DNA of 64,000 nt from Deltaproteobacteria bacterium. GTDB lineage: Bacteria; Desulfobacterota; GWC2-55-46; DRQE01. The notes beneath the pieces are model-generated. The model did no database searches. It was given only the letters and a program-made list of their open reading frames with translations, and was not told where the DNA came from. The DNA is taken from the NCBI GenBank assembly GCA_015492495.1, contig WGEY01000088.1, positions 2,959-66,958 on the forward strand, written 5' to 3'. A program made the translations under genes and the position numbers. Within the stretch, counting starts at the first letter, position 1. Each line of letters begins with the position of its first letter. Positions 48,770 through 60,267 of this stretch are shown here, one piece after another.

Positions 48770-51196
48770 TCAACACCTGTCCGTACCCGTCTCCCTCTCG
48801 ATCGCCTTTTCAATCTCCTTGACCTTGAGGGTGATCTTCATAACCGAGTCCGGGTTAAGTGAGATGGCTTCTATGCCTTCCCTTACGAGAAACTCCGCGA
48901 ACTCCGGGTAGTCGCTCGGCGCCTGTCCGCATATGCCGCTGTGACGTCCGTTCCTTCTGGCCCCCTGGACGGCCATGGAGATCATCTTCATAACGCCCGG
49001 GTCCCGCTCGTCAAAGTCATGCGCCAGGAGCTCCGAGTCCCTGTCCACCCCCAGGGTGAGCTGCGTCAGGTCGTTGGAGCCTATGGAGAAACCGTCGAAG
49101 ATGCGGCTGAACTCGTCTATCAGCATGACGTTGTTCGGTATTTCGCACATGACATAGACCTTGAGGCCGTTTACCCCCCTTTCGAGACCGTTCCTTTCCA
49201 TCTCGGCAAGGACCTTCCTGCCTTCATCCACGCGCCGGCAGAACGGTATCATGATGACGAGGTTGGTGAGCCCCATTTCGTCGCGGACCCTTTTCATGGC
49301 CCTGCACTCGAGCGCAAAGCCTTCCATGTACCGTTCGTCGTAGTAGCGCGCAGCCCCCCTGAACCCTATCATGGGGTTCTCTTCCTTGGGCTCGAAGTAC
49401 CGTCCTCCGACGAGGCTTGCATATTCGTTGGTCTTGAAGTCGCTCATGCGAACGACGACAGGCTTGGGGTAGAAGGCGGCGGCTATGGTGCCCACTCCGT
49501 GGGCAAGCCTTTCCACGAAGTACTCCGTCTTGTCTTCGTACCCGAAGGTGAGCTCTTCCACCTGCCTTCTGACCTCCTCGTCCTCCATCTTCTCCGGATG
49601 GACGAGAGCCATGGGGTGTATCTTTATGTAGCTGTTGATGATGAACTCCATGCGAGCAAGCCCCACGCCGTCGTTCGGTATCATGGAAAGGGAGAAGGCC
49701 TCGTCCGGGTTGCCGAGGTTCATCATGATCTTTGTCTTCGGCCGTTCGAGGTCGCCGAGGCTGAGCCTCTCGACGTGAAAGGGCAGTATGCCGTCATAGA
49801 GGATCCCCTTATCGCCCTCGGCGCAGCTCACGGTGACCGCCTGGCCTGTACGTACCCTTTCCGTGGCCCCCTCCGCCCCCACCACCGCAGGGATTCCGAG
49901 CTCACGGCTTACTATGGCGGCGTGACAGGTCCTGCCCCCCCTGTTTGTCACGATCCCTGCGGCCGTTTTCATGACAGGTTCCCAGTCCGGCGTGGTGGTG
50001 TCGGTTATGAGTATCTCGCCCGGCCTGAAGGAGGAGAGGTGTCCGACGTCGGGTATCACCCGTGCGTTGCCGCAGGCTATCTTTTCGCCCACGCTCTTTC
50101 CCACGGCAAGGACTGGCCCCTTTTTGTCCAGGTGATATGTTTCGAGCACATCCATCGCCTTCCTGGACTGGACGGTCTCGGGCCTTGCCTGCACGATGAA
50201 GATCTCTCCGGTCACACCGTCCTTGGCCCACTCTATGTCCATGGGACGTCCCTCTCCGGCCTTTTCAGAGTAATGGTCCTCTATGGTTATTGCATATCCG
50301 GCCAGCTCGATGATCTCGTCGTCCGTCAGGCAGAACCGTTTTCTTTCCGCCTCAGGGACCTCCACGTTCCTCGTAAGCACCTTCGAGTCCCCGCGGCCGT
50401 AGATCATCTTGATCCTCTTGTCGCCGAGCCTCTTTCTTATGATGGACCTGAAGCCCTTCCTGAAGGTGGGCTTGAAGACATAGTATTCGTCCGGGGTTAC
50501 CGCGCCCTGGACGATGTTCTCTCCCAGCCCGTAGGATGCGGTGATGAAGACCACGTCGCGGAAACCGGTCTCCGTGTCGAGTGTGAAGATCACCCCGCTT
50601 GTGGCCATGTCCGAGCGCACCATCTTCATGACCCCTATGGACAGGGCCACCTTGAAGTGGTCGAAGTTGTTGTTTATGCGGTACGATATCGCCCGGTCGG
50701 TAAAGAGCGAGGCAAAGCACTTTGCGCAGGCCTCCCTCAGGGACTGGTGGCCGCGAATGTTTAGGTAGCTCTCCTGCTGCCCTGCGAAGGAGGCGGTAGG
50801 GAGGTCCTCTGCCGTTGCAGAGCTTCGTACGGCAACGTCTGTGTCGGGACCGTACTCTTCACAGAGCCTGTCGTAGGCGGCCTTTATCTCCTCCCAGAGG
50901 TCGTCCGGGATGCCCGCACCTATGATGAGGTCTCTCGCCCGCTTTGCCCGCACAGCAAGATCGTCGACATCCGCCTTGTCGATGCCTGACATGGCCTGCC
51001 TGAGCCCGTCGAGTATCCCGGCCGAACCTATCACATACCAGTATGCCTCGGCGGTTACGGCGAAGCCGTTGGGAATCCTGACCCCTCGGCCGGCAAGCTC
51101 CCGGTACATCTCGCCCAGCGAGGCGTTCTTCCCGCCTACGAGCGGAACGTCTTTTATGTCGATTTCTTCAAACCACTTGATATACATAGGCTTCAT
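48770..51196 (-). CDS. ppsA: phosphoenolpyruvate synthase (pyruvate, water dikinase)
   Basis: 808 aa. N-terminal PPDK ATP-binding domain, phospho-His domain (GGRTCHAAIVSRELG), C-terminal PEP-utilising domain. Confidence 0.9.
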   Translation of the reverse strand: MKPMYIKWFEEIDIKDVPLVGGKNASLGEMYRELAGRGVRIPNGFAVTAEAYWYVIGSAGILDGLRQAMSGIDKADVDDLAVRAKRARDLIIGAGIPDDLWEEIKAAYDRLCEEYGPDTDVAVRSSATAEDLPTASFAGQQESYLNIRGHQSLREACAKCFASLFTDRAISYRINNNFDHFKVALSIGVMKMVRSDMATSGVIFTLDTETGFRDVVFITASYGLGENIVQGAVTPDEYYVFKPTFRKGFRSIIRKRLGDKRIKMIYGRGDSKVLTRNVEVPEAERKRFCLTDDEIIELAGYAITIEDHYSEKAGEGRPMDIEWAKDGVTGEIFIVQARPETVQSRKAMDVLETYHLDKKGPVLAVGKSVGEKIACGNARVIPDVGHLSSFRPGEILITDTTTPDWEPVMKTAAGIVTNRGGRTCHAAIVSRELGIPAVVGAEGATERVRTGQAVTVSCAEGDKGILYDGILPFHVERLSLGDLERPKTKIMMNLGNPDEAFSLSMIPNDGVGLARMEFIINSYIKIHPMALVHPEKMEDEEVRRQVEELTFGYEDKTEYFVERLAHGVGTIAAAFYPKPVVVRMSDFKTNEYASLVGGRYFEPKEENPMIGFRGAARYYDERYMEGFALECRAMKRVRDEMGLTNLVIMIPFCRRVDEGRKVLAEMERNGLERGVNGLKVYVMCEIPNNVMLIDEFSRIFDGFSIGSNDLTQLTLGVDRDSELLAHDFDERDPGVMKMISMAVQGARRNGRHSGICGQAPSDYPEFAEFLVREGIEAISLNPDSVMKITLKVKEIEKAIERETGTDRC

Positions 51197-51512
51197 TGAT
51201 CCCCTCCTTGATCACCTCTTCGCCGTTGTCAAGGATCCGGACGGTCTCCGACCGGCATGGTTCCGTTGTCGGCGTGGGTGTGCTCAAATTATATATTAAC
51301 CCGTGGAATCCGGCAACCGGCGGATTCCACGGGAGCAGTCGGGCTGCGGCGCCCGTTACCCTGGCTGGCGTGGCTGCGCCGCATGGTGACGTGGCATGAT
51401 TATGCAGGGAAGGAAGGATAGTGCCGTCGTCCGGAGGGCGGATGACGGCATGGGTGACTTCCGCAAAAAAGAAAGGAGGTTACGGGAACCACCGTAACCT
51501 CCTTAGATTTAC

Positions 51513-51588
51513 TGGTGGAGCTGAGGGGGGTCGAACCCCTGACCTCATGGCTGCCAGCCATGCGCTCTCCCAACTGAGCTACAGCCCC
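51513..51588 (-). tRNA. tRNA-Ala (anticodon GGC), CCA encoded
   Basis: Reverse complement GGGGCTGTAGCTCAGTTGGGAGAGCGCATGGCTGGCAGCCATGAGGTCAGGGGTTCGACCCCCCTCAGCTCCACCA folds as a cloverleaf. G3:U70 Ala identity pair; anticodon loop CTGGCAG. Confidence 0.85.
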
Positions 51589-51702
51589 GTAATCTATATA
51601 CTTCTAACATCTACTCCACCGCCGTGTCAATCGATTTTTTACTCGGAGAGGCTCCGGAGCGCTTCGTTGCGCCGGTGACGGGCGGGGAACACCTGAAGTG
51701 GG

Positions 51703-52563
51703 TCAGCGCCTGTCCATCGTATCGAAGACGGCGTTCCTTATATCCATGATGGGGACGGGCTTTATTATGTATCTTAGCCCGTTTTCTTTGAAAAATGCCA
51801 GACGGCTCGGGTTATCGTAGGTCGTCATGAAGATGAAGCGTTGCTCCATGTTTGGGTATCTCCTGGAGGCGGCCGTGTAGAGCTCGATTCCGTCCATGAC
51901 CGGCATGTCCACGTCGGCCAGTATGACGGCGAAGTACCTCTTGGCGAGTTTTTCGAGGGCCTCCTTGCCGTTGGATGCGCACTCGACCGCACCCTCGCTG
52001 GACAGAGCCTCTGATAGAAGGTAGGCCGTGGGCACGGAGTCGTCGACCACGAGCAGGTTCTCGCGCCAGAGCGAAGGGAGCCGCCTTATGTTCTCGATGA
52101 ACCTGTTCGACCCCGACTGCGACTGGATGAACCTCTCTACATACCTTTTGTGGTGCTGGATGCTGGCGACGAATGGTATGAACTCCCTCGATGTTTCCTT
52201 CAACGAATTGATGACGTATTGAAAGACCTCGTTCCATTCGGCGAACTCGATGTCAGCTACGCAGTCCAAGAGTGTCTCCCTTGTAAGGCACCCCCGGTCC
52301 AGTTCCTTTCTGCACGCGGCGATGCCGAGGTGGACTTTGGTCATCGGGTCTTCGTCGAGCGACCTGAAGCAGGAAAGGGAGGGAAGGGTTTCGAGGGATT
52401 CGTCGGCCTCGAGCAGCGTTTCATGGTGGTATCTTTCGTCGTCTGCAAGGCGCCGGAGGAACACGGTCAGCTCCTTGTCCGAAGAGAACGCATTCGCGGC
52501 CTCTTCATAAAAGCTGCCGAAAGACGCCTCCATCAATGTCAGCCACTGAATGATCTCCTTCAT
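51703..52563 (-). CDS. response regulator with C-terminal receiver domain and uncharacterised N-terminal helical domain (paralog 1)
   Basis: 286 aa. Receiver LLVVDDSVPT...ILADVDMPVMDG...IIKP at the C-terminus. N-terminal domain ...ASFGSFYEEAANAF...LADDERYHHETL... Confidence 0.7.
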   Translation of the reverse strand: MKEIIQWLTLMEASFGSFYEEAANAFSSDKELTVFLRRLADDERYHHETLLEADESLETLPSLSCFRSLDEDPMTKVHLGIAACRKELDRGCLTRETLLDCVADIEFAEWNEVFQYVINSLKETSREFIPFVASIQHHKRYVERFIQSQSGSNRFIENIRRLPSLWRENLLVVDDSVPTAYLLSEALSSEGAVECASNGKEALEKLAKRYFAVILADVDMPVMDGIELYTAASRRYPNMEQRFIFMTTYDNPSRLAFFKENGLRYIIKPVPIMDIRNAVFDTMDRR

Positions 52564-52756
52564 GCCGGCCCCCGGTCGGTAAGGTTTATAAGTCCTAATG
52601 GTTTATATGTAAGTAATGGACCGGGAAAGCCACACTTAGGTTCTTACTTAAAGTATAGTGTGACTTTCAGGCATGTCAACCGATCGCCTGTTCCTTAGTG
52701 TTGTTAGGTGCCTGCAAGGGGGGTGAATGGCCTTCTGTAGAACTATGTGGTGGAGA

Positions 52757-53620
52757 CTACCGCCTGTCCAGGAGTTTGACCACTGATTCGCGTATCTCGC
52801 TTATAGGGGCTGGTTTTATCATGAACTTGAGCTTGTTCTTCTTGAAGAACATTATGCGCTCGGAGTCGTCGTCCGCGGTGAAGAACAGGAAGCGCTGCTT
52901 CATGTTGGGGTACTTGTTGGCTGCGGCTATGTAGAAGTCGATGCCGTCCATCTCCGGCATCTCCACATCCGCTATGATGACGGTGAAGTACTTCTCCTTT
53001 ATCTTCTCGAGCGCCTCCCTTCCGTTCGACGCCGTCTCGACAATGCCTTCTTCGCAGAGCGTGGCCTTGAGCAGGTGCAGCTCCGGCTCCGAGTCGTCCA
53101 CCACCAGGACCCTTTCCTGCCAGAGCGGCGGAAGGTCCTTAACCCTTTGGAGGTAGCTCTCTCCCTCGGGCAGCCTCGAGAGGAACCTCTCGATGAACCT
53201 CTTGTGTTGCTGTATCTTCGCCGCAACGGGTATGAAGTCCTTTGAGTGGGCCTTCAACGTCTTGATCGCATACAGGAAGATTTCATTCCACTCGGAGAAC
53301 TCTGCGGCTATGACGGCATCCAGTAGGGCGTTTTTAGAGAGTTCGTTCCTGTCCATTTTGGATGTGCACTCGTCGAAGATGTGAAGGAGCTTTTTTTTCG
53401 TATCCGTGTCGACGGATATGAGCGAGGGGAGGTTGTTGCGGCTTTTCAGGCCTTCAGCAGCCTTGAGGATTATGGCTTTGTGTTTCTTCTCGTCATCACA
53501 CAGTCCCTTCAGGAACTGAGCCAACTCCGTGTCGCCGGAGAAGTACTCCGCGGCCCTTCTGTAGAAGTTCGCGGCCGTATCCTCCATCTGGACGAGCCAG
53601 TCTATAACTTCCTTCATCAT
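52757..53620 (-). CDS. response regulator with C-terminal receiver domain and uncharacterised N-terminal helical domain (paralog 2)
   Basis: 287 aa. Collinear with 51703-52563 (MMKEVIDWLVQMEDTAANFYRRAAEYF...LCDDEKKHKAI...; receiver VLVVDDSEPE...IIADVEMPEMDG...MIKP). Confidence 0.7.
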   Translation of the reverse strand: MMKEVIDWLVQMEDTAANFYRRAAEYFSGDTELAQFLKGLCDDEKKHKAIILKAAEGLKSRNNLPSLISVDTDTKKKLLHIFDECTSKMDRNELSKNALLDAVIAAEFSEWNEIFLYAIKTLKAHSKDFIPVAAKIQQHKRFIERFLSRLPEGESYLQRVKDLPPLWQERVLVVDDSEPELHLLKATLCEEGIVETASNGREALEKIKEKYFTVIIADVEMPEMDGIDFYIAAANKYPNMKQRFLFFTADDDSERIMFFKKNKLKFMIKPAPISEIRESVVKLLDRR

Positions 53621-53879
53621 GATCTTACCCCGGATTTGAGCAATTGGTATCCGTTTACATCGCTAAGACTCCGGTGCAGCTGTACGCATGGAAGTGCCAG
53701 ATGACGGTCTGGGATAAAGCACCTACATTGTAATGTATGATAAAGTCGTTGTCAACGGGATATGATGGTCGTAAATTCCGAGTTGACCACCTGTGGGCCG
53801 GGCTTGACAAGCCGTTGCGGCGCGGATATACTTGACCGGACAAGTGAGTGTTTGCTCACCAACGCCGGTTGTTGGAAAA

Positions 53880-54529
53880 TGAAGACCACGAGGGCAGCGG
53901 AAAAAAATACCGGACCGAGGCGGATGACGAGCCTCGAGCGCAGGCGCCAGATTGTGGATGTAGCCGGCAGGCTCTTTTCCAGAAAGGGCTTCAAGGGTAC
54001 GACCACCCGTGAGATAGCCCGGGAGGCCGGGATAAGCGAGGCCACGATATTCAAATACTTCGCCCGCAAGGAGGCGCTCTTCGAGGCCATAATAGACCGC
54101 TGCTGCAATGACGAGAGCGGCAACCTGACGCTCATGAAAAAACTCGACGGCAAGCAGGGCAGGGAGGCCTTCGAGGAGGTCGTGGAGTTCTTCATGGAGA
54201 GATACGCCGAGGATCCTTCGTTCGCCAGGCTTCTGATGTTCAGCGCGCTGGAGCGCGAGAAGTTTTCGGAGATATTTTTCAGGTCAAAGGGCATGGAGGT
54301 GCTCGGATACCTGTCCAGACAAATAGAAGGCATGATGGAGAAGGGGGTCTTCAGGCCGCTCGACCCCGAGCTGTGCGCAAGGGCGTTTCTCGGCATGGTC
54401 ATCCATTACTGCATGGTCCAGGAGATCTTCGGGTTCAAGAGGTTCTTCGACCGTCCCCGCGCAGTGGTTGCCGAGACCTTCGTCGATATATTCCTGAACG
54501 GCATGGTTACGAGGGAGAGGCATAAATGA
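53880..54529 (+). CDS. TetR-family transcriptional regulator
   Basis: HTH RRRQIVDVAGRLFSRKGFKGTTTREIAREAGISEATIFKYF. Start is ATG 53880, or the alternative ATG 53925. The stop overlaps the next start. Confidence 0.75.
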
Positions 54530-55863
54530 GAAAGCCAGTTTTGCATCCACGACGCTTTCGCGGCCTGCCGTGCACGGCAGCGCTTGCGGCCTTTTTATTA
54601 TCCCTGCTCGTGCCTGCAGGGCTTCTTGCTGGAGAGGTCGTAGACATACGCAAGGCATGGCGAAGCGCCCTTGAAAACCACGAGGCCGTGCTGATCGCGA
54701 GGGAGTCCCTTGCCAGGAGCGAGATGGAGATCAAGAGGGCCTACTCGAAGTTTCTGCCGACGCTCGGCGTTGAAGGCACCTACACGCGGTACACGGAAAA
54801 AAAGACCACCAGTGGGTTCCTCATACAACCGGATGACAGCACCAGGTACGAGGTCAGGCTCAGGCAGTACCTGTACACAGGTGGAAGGGCTATGAGCCTC
54901 CTGAGACAGGCCAGGGCAAGCCTTGATGCAAGCCGCAAGGGCCTTGGGGACGTCCGAGAGACCGTGTTGATCGAGGCATCGAGGGCGTACTACGGGTTGC
55001 TCAAGGCCGGCAAGGAGGTGGGTATCCGCGAGGCATCTTTAAGGCGTGCGAATGAGCAGCTCAAGGCCGCCAGGGCGCGTTTCAGGGTAGGCACGGCGAC
55101 AAGGGCCGACGTGCTGAGGGCCGAGGCCGAGGTCGCCTCCAAGGAGGCCGAGCTCTCAACGGCCGAAGCCGCGCTCAAAGACGCAAGGGACCTTTTCTCG
55201 AGGGTCACAGGCATCACCGGTGAGGTCGAAGCAGATTCGGCCGTGCAGGTCTCCACCGTAGAGATGGGCGTGGAAGAACTCGAGCGGCTCGCCTTTGAAA
55301 AGAGAATGGATTACCAGCAGAAGAAACTCGCTGAGGATATTGCAAGGGAGCAGGTGAGGTATGCAAAGGCCAACTTCATGCCCACGCTCGACGTGCAGGG
55401 TGTCTACGAGTACAGGGAACAGACCCCGGAGACGACCTTCCTTCTGAACGATGTCACGTACGGAACGGTGACGCTCTCCATACCGCTCTTCGAGGGCGGG
55501 CTCAAGCGGGCCGAGCTCAAGCAGGCGCGGAGCAGGCTCAGGGAGGCGGAGCTTGAAAGGCTGCGTTACAAGCGCGACGTCAAGCTCGAGGTCCGCCGGG
55601 CCTACAACAAGATGGAGGCCGCGCGTTCCGTGATCGCATCCTATCGAAAGCAGGTCACCTTTGCGCGCGAGAATTACTCCATGGTCTTCAAACAATACAG
55701 GCACGGACTTGCCGACAGCACCGACCTAATAGACGCGGATACCATCCTTGTTTCGGCAGAGCTCGGGCTTACGAGGGCGAGCATAGACTATGAACTCTCG
55801 GTCCTCGAGCTCAAAAGGAGCACCGGGATACTGCTCGACGAGGTCGAGGAGATGCTCGAATAA
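54526..55863 (+). CDS. TolC-like outer-membrane efflux protein (OMF)
   Basis: 445 aa. Signal peptide, two repeated coiled/beta halves, SLDASR/SYRK motifs typical of outer-membrane factors. Confidence 0.8.
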   Translation: MRKPVLHPRRFRGLPCTAALAAFLLSLLVPAGLLAGEVVDIRKAWRSALENHEAVLIARESLARSEMEIKRAYSKFLPTLGVEGTYTRYTEKKTTSGFLIQPDDSTRYEVRLRQYLYTGGRAMSLLRQARASLDASRKGLGDVRETVLIEASRAYYGLLKAGKEVGIREASLRRANEQLKAARARFRVGTATRADVLRAEAEVASKEAELSTAEAALKDARDLFSRVTGITGEVEADSAVQVSTVEMGVEELERLAFEKRMDYQQKKLAEDIAREQVRYAKANFMPTLDVQGVYEYREQTPETTFLLNDVTYGTVTLSIPLFEGGLKRAELKQARSRLREAELERLRYKRDVKLEVRRAYNKMEAARSVIASYRKQVTFARENYSMVFKQYRHGLADSTDLIDADTILVSAELGLTRASIDYELSVLELKRSTGILLDEVEEMLE

Positions 55864-55926
55864 ACGGGATGCGGCCAGTCCGGGCCGCATCCATATGGAC
55901 ATAAAAAATCAGGAGCAGCATCAATC

Positions 55927-57039
55927 ATGAAAAGACTGTCGCTTTTTTGCCTGATCTTCCTGGCCGCGGTCCTCTTTCAGGGGTGCAAGGGCGAAGAAAA
56001 GCCCGGTGTAAAGGGACACGGGGTGCGCGCCGCCGCCGTCTTCAATGTCAGGGCATGGCGGGCTTCGAGGCAGGATTTACCCAAGACCATCCGGGCCGTG
56101 GGGACGCTCGAGCCCGAGCAGGATGTCATAGTGAGCTCAGAGGTCACGGCAAGGCTTACAAGGCTCCTTCACGACGAGGGGGACAGGGTACGCAAGGGAG
56201 AGAGTCTTGCGCTCCTCGACAATGAGAAGTTCAGCCTCAGGGTCTCCAAGACCGAGGCTGACCTGAAGAGGGCCAGGGCCGCGCTCCACTACGCAGAAAA
56301 GGACCTCGAAAGGAAGAGGGAGCTTCTCGATGAGGGCATGGTCACGCAGGAGGCCTATGATCAAGCGCTTTCCAGGCGGGATTCGGCGATGGCCGACGTT
56401 GAGAGCATGGAGGCCGCGCTCAGGCTCGCCCAGAGGGATCTCATGGAGTCGAACGTAAAGGCGCCGTTTTCCGGCCACCTCGCCGAGAGGTTCGTATCCG
56501 TGGGCAGCTACGTAGGAGAGGGTGAGAGGCTCTTCAGGCTGATAGACATAGGCCATCTGAAGGTCTCCGCCTCCATCCCGGAGAGACATCTACCGGAGGT
56601 ACGCATCGGGCAAAAGGTGCTCGTTACGACCAGTACGGGCGATGACGGGGAGTTCAGCGGTGCCATCTACTTTATAAGCCCGCACGTGGACGAAAAGACG
56701 CGGAGCTTCGAGATAAAGGCAAGGATAGGGAACCCCGGCGAGGTGCTCAAGCCCGGTCTCTTTGTCGACGTTACGGTCGTAACGGGCATGAGAAAGGGGG
56801 TCTTCCTCGTGCCGGAGTCCGGTGTGCTCAGCCGCGACGGCCGGAACGTCGTCTTCGTGGTCTCTGACAATACGGCCCACATGAGGGAAGTGACGGTTCT
56901 GGACAGGGCAGACGGCATGGTTGTGGTGGGAGAGGGGCTTGGAGAGGGCGAACTGGTGGTCGTCGACGGGGCGTATGATCTGCAGGAAGGTTCGAAGGTC
57001 AGGGTTGTCGACTCCCGTGGGGAGGCAGGAGGTCATTGA
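55927..57039 (+). CDS. RND efflux periplasmic adaptor (membrane fusion protein, HlyD family)
   Basis: 370 aa. Lipoprotein signal (LFQGC), coiled-coil hairpin, barrel domains. Confidence 0.85.
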   Translation: MKRLSLFCLIFLAAVLFQGCKGEEKPGVKGHGVRAAAVFNVRAWRASRQDLPKTIRAVGTLEPEQDVIVSSEVTARLTRLLHDEGDRVRKGESLALLDNEKFSLRVSKTEADLKRARAALHYAEKDLERKRELLDEGMVTQEAYDQALSRRDSAMADVESMEAALRLAQRDLMESNVKAPFSGHLAERFVSVGSYVGEGERLFRLIDIGHLKVSASIPERHLPEVRIGQKVLVTTSTGDDGEFSGAIYFISPHVDEKTRSFEIKARIGNPGEVLKPGLFVDVTVVTGMRKGVFLVPESGVLSRDGRNVVFVVSDNTAHMREVTVLDRADGMVVVGEGLGEGELVVVDGAYDLQEGSKVRVVDSRGEAGGH

Positions 57040-57164
57040 TGGTACGTACATGCACGTTGCACGTGTCGTCTTCGGCCGATGCGTTTTTTTTGCAGCCGTT
57101 TGCGGTGCCTCGATGCACCGGCCCGCGCCTGTTACGGTGAAGAGAAGATTGATAGGATGCCTGG

Positions 57165-60100
57165 ATGATATTACCTGAGATAGCGATAAGAAGGCCTGTA
57201 ACCACCTTCATGATGATGGCCGCGCTCTTGGTCTTCGGGCTGATCGGTTACACGAGGCTGGGGGTAGACCAGTACCCGAAGGTCGACTTTCCCGTGGTGA
57301 CGGTCACCACCGTGCTCGAGGGCGCCAGCCCCGAGGTCATAGAGGAGAACATAACCGACGTGATCGAGGAGGAGGTGGCGACCATAGAGGGTGTCAGGAG
57401 GCTCACAAGCATTTCCTCGCACGGTGCGTCGGTTGTGACCGTCGAGTTCAACATGGACAGGGACATAGACCTCGCGGCCCAGGACGTGAGGGACAGGGTG
57501 AACCGCATCCTCAGGGAGCTCCCCGACGACGCTGAGGTCCCGGTGGTGGACAAGCTCGACATACAGTCGCAGCCCATCATGTGGATAGCCGTCTCCGGAC
57601 GGCGTCCGATACAGGATGTGACCGGTTACGCGGACGATGTCCTGAAACCCAGGCTCGAGACGGTAAAGGGCGTGGGGTCGATCATCCTCGGAGGCAAGAG
57701 GGAGAGGGCCATAAGGGTGTGGCTGGACAGGGACAGGCTCGAGGCGTACGGGCTTACCTCCGGTGACGTGGTGGCGGCGCTGAGGCGCGAAAACGTCGAG
57801 ATCCCGGGCGGCTTCATAGAGAGCAGGAATGTTGAGTTCAGCGTGAAGACCGAGGGCAAGTTCAGGGAGGTCCGGTCGTTCGAAGATCTCATCGTGGCCT
57901 ACGATAAGGGGAGCCCGGTAAGGATCAGGGATATCGGCCGTGTGGAGGACGGGCTCGAGGACAGGCGCAGCCTCGCCCGGTACAACGGAGAGCCTGCGGT
58001 AGGACTCGGCGTAATAAAGAAGTCCGGGGCCAACACCGTGGAGCTCGCCCGGCTGATCAAGGAGGAGCTCGCCAGGGTACAGAAGGACCTGCCCGCCGGC
58101 ATAAAGACCGAGGTTGCCTTCGACGCGTCGGTCTTCATCGAGGACAGCATCGAGGAGATGGAGTTCGCCCTGGCGTTCGGCGGGCTCCTGGCCGCGGTGG
58201 TGGTCTTCTTCTTCCTGCGCAATCCCACGGCGACGATAATAACCGGGACCACCATCCCGCTCGCCATCATAGGTAGCTTCGTCTTCATCTACTTCATGGG
58301 CTTCACCATGAACACCATGACCATGCTCGCCTTAACGCTGGCCATAGGTGTAGTCATAGACGACGCCATAGTCATAGTGGATAATATCCACAGGCACAGG
58401 GAGAAGGCTCGGGACTCCATTGAGGCGGCCAGGAACGGCACAAACGAGATAGCCTTCGCCGCCGTGGCCACCACCTTCGCCCTCGCCGCGGTCTTCATCC
58501 CAGTGGCGTTCATGAAGGGCATTGTGGGAAGGTTCTTCTTCGAGTTCGGCATAACGGTGGCCGTCGCCGTTTTCCTTTCCACCTTCATCGCACTCACCTT
58601 CACCCCGATGCTGTCGTCGAGGTTTCTCAGGCCCACGCGCCGGGATTCGCGCTTTTTTACCACCATGGAGTCCTTTTACTCGCGGGTCGAGGCCACATAC
58701 AGGAGGCTTCTGGCGTGGGCGCTCACGCACAGGGCGCTCGTGGTCACCTCGGCGGTGGTCATATTCCTTGGAAGCCTCGCGATATGGGTCTTCATCGGCA
58801 AGGAGTTCATACCGCCCGAGGACCAGTCGAGGTTCATAGTCAGGTTCGAGACCCCCATAGGCTCTACGATGGATTACACGGACGAAAAGCTCAGGTTCAA
58901 CGAGGCCGTCCTGAAGGATCTGCCGGAGATAAAGAGCTTCTTTGCGGCCGTCGGGCTCGGCGATGCCTCGAACGTGAACAAGGGGCTCATGTTCGTGAGG
59001 ATGGTCCCCAAAGAAGAGAGAGAAAGGAGCCAGAGCGAGGTCGTGGCCTTCCTGAGGAGGAAGCTGAACAGCGAGCCGGGGCTCAAGGTATATGTTATGC
59101 CGCTGGGCTTCGGGTTCGGCGCCAGAAGGGGCACCCCGCTTGAGTTCATAGTGATGGGGCCGTCCGTCGAAGAGCTCGACAGGCTGACGACAGAGATCAC
59201 GGAGAGGTTCAAACGTGTCCCGGGCATAGTCGGCGTGCATACGGACTTCGACGCCGGCCTTCCCGAGATCCGTGTCTACATAGACCGCGACAGGGCCGCC
59301 GACCAGGGGGTGGATACCACCACGCTTGCGTCGACGATAAACACGCTCATAGGCGGAAGGGATGTTACAAAGTACAAGGAGGGCGGAAAGCGTTACGACG
59401 TGAGGGTCAAGCTCGTTCCCTCTCAGAGGATGACCCCCCAGGACATAGACAAGCTGCACGTGAGGAACAGGGACGGCAGGCTCGTCAGGCTCTCGGGCAT
59501 GATAAGGATCGAGGAGGGGACCGCACCGAGCGTCATAAACAGGTACAACAGGCAGAGGAGCGTCACAATCTTCGCAAACATGGAGGAGACCAAGACCCTC
59601 GGCTCCGCCATAGACGACATATCGAGGATCGCCGAGGATGTGCTTCCCGAGGGGTACACGACCGAACTGGGGGGCAGGGCCGAGCAGTTCAGGGAGTCGC
59701 TCGAGGGGATGCTCCTGGCCTTCTTTCTTGCTGTCCTTATAACCTACATGGTGCTGGGCTCCCTCTTCGAAAGCTTTCTGCACCCCTTTACCGTGATGCT
59801 GGCCCTGCCGCTCAGCACGGTCGGCGCACTCGGCGGGCTGTGGCTCACCGGCAACACCATAAACATCTACAGCCTCATAGGCCTCACGCTCCTGGTGGGC
59901 CTCGTCACCAAGAACTCCATCCTGCTTGTGGACTACACTAACACCCTGCGCCACAGGGGGCTCGGCATGCGCGAGGCTGTGCTCGAGGCAGGCCCCGTGA
60001 GGCTCAGGCCCATACTCATGACCGCGCTTTCCACGATATTCGGCGTGCTTCCGACGGCGCTCGGCGTGGGGCCGGGCAGCGAGTCGAGGGCCCCCATGGC

Positions 60101-60227
60101 CATAGCCATAGTGGGGGGGCTTTTCAGCTCCACCGTGCTCACGCTCGTCGTCATACCGGTCGTCTATACGTTGTTCGATGATCTCAAGGGGAGGATCTAC
60201 GGGCGCAGGTCCGCTGGTTCCGTTTAA
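57165..60227 (+). CDS. RND-family efflux transporter permease (AcrB/CzcA-like)
   Basis: 1020 aa. 12 TM segments and two large periplasmic loops. Conserved RND N-terminus [25 protein letters not shown]. Confidence 0.9.
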   Translation: MILPEIAIRRPVTTFMMMAALLVFGLIGYTRLGVDQYPKVDFPVVTVTTVLEGASPEVIEENITDVIEEEVATIEGVRRLTSISSHGASVVTVEFNMDRDIDLAAQDVRDRVNRILRELPDDAEVPVVDKLDIQSQPIMWIAVSGRRPIQDVTGYADDVLKPRLETVKGVGSIILGGKRERAIRVWLDRDRLEAYGLTSGDVVAALRRENVEIPGGFIESRNVEFSVKTEGKFREVRSFEDLIVAYDKGSPVRIRDIGRVEDGLEDRRSLARYNGEPAVGLGVIKKSGANTVELARLIKEELARVQKDLPAGIKTEVAFDASVFIEDSIEEMEFALAFGGLLAAVVVFFFLRNPTATIITGTTIPLAIIGSFVFIYFMGFTMNTMTMLALTLAIGVVIDDAIVIVDNIHRHREKARDSIEAARNGTNEIAFAAVATTFALAAVFIPVAFMKGIVGRFFFEFGITVAVAVFLSTFIALTFTPMLSSRFLRPTRRDSRFFTTMESFYSRVEATYRRLLAWALTHRALVVTSAVVIFLGSLAIWVFIGKEFIPPEDQSRFIVRFETPIGSTMDYTDEKLRFNEAVLKDLPEIKSFFAAVGLGDASNVNKGLMFVRMVPKEERERSQSEVVAFLRRKLNSEPGLKVYVMPLGFGFGARRGTPLEFIVMGPSVEELDRLTTEITERFKRVPGIVGVHTDFDAGLPEIRVYIDRDRAADQGVDTTTLASTINTLIGGRDVTKYKEGGKRYDVRVKLVPSQRMTPQDIDKLHVRNRDGRLVRLSGMIRIEEGTAPSVINRYNRQRSVTIFANMEETKTLGSAIDDISRIAEDVLPEGYTTELGGRAEQFRESLEGMLLAFFLAVLITYMVLGSLFESFLHPFTVMLALPLSTVGALGGLWLTGNTINIYSLIGLTLLVGLVTKNSILLVDYTNTLRHRGLGMREAVLEAGPVRLRPILMTALSTIFGVLPTALGVGPGSESRAPMAIAIVGGLFSSTVLTLVVIPVVYTLFDDLKGRIYGRRSAGSV

Positions 60228-60267
60228 AATCCTTGTTTTACAGGGACTTTTCCTGTATATTGCCGGT

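Noticed and set aside
48941-50764. 607-aa ORF on the + strand
   Set aside because: Antisense to ppsA, which is unambiguous. Shadow ORF.
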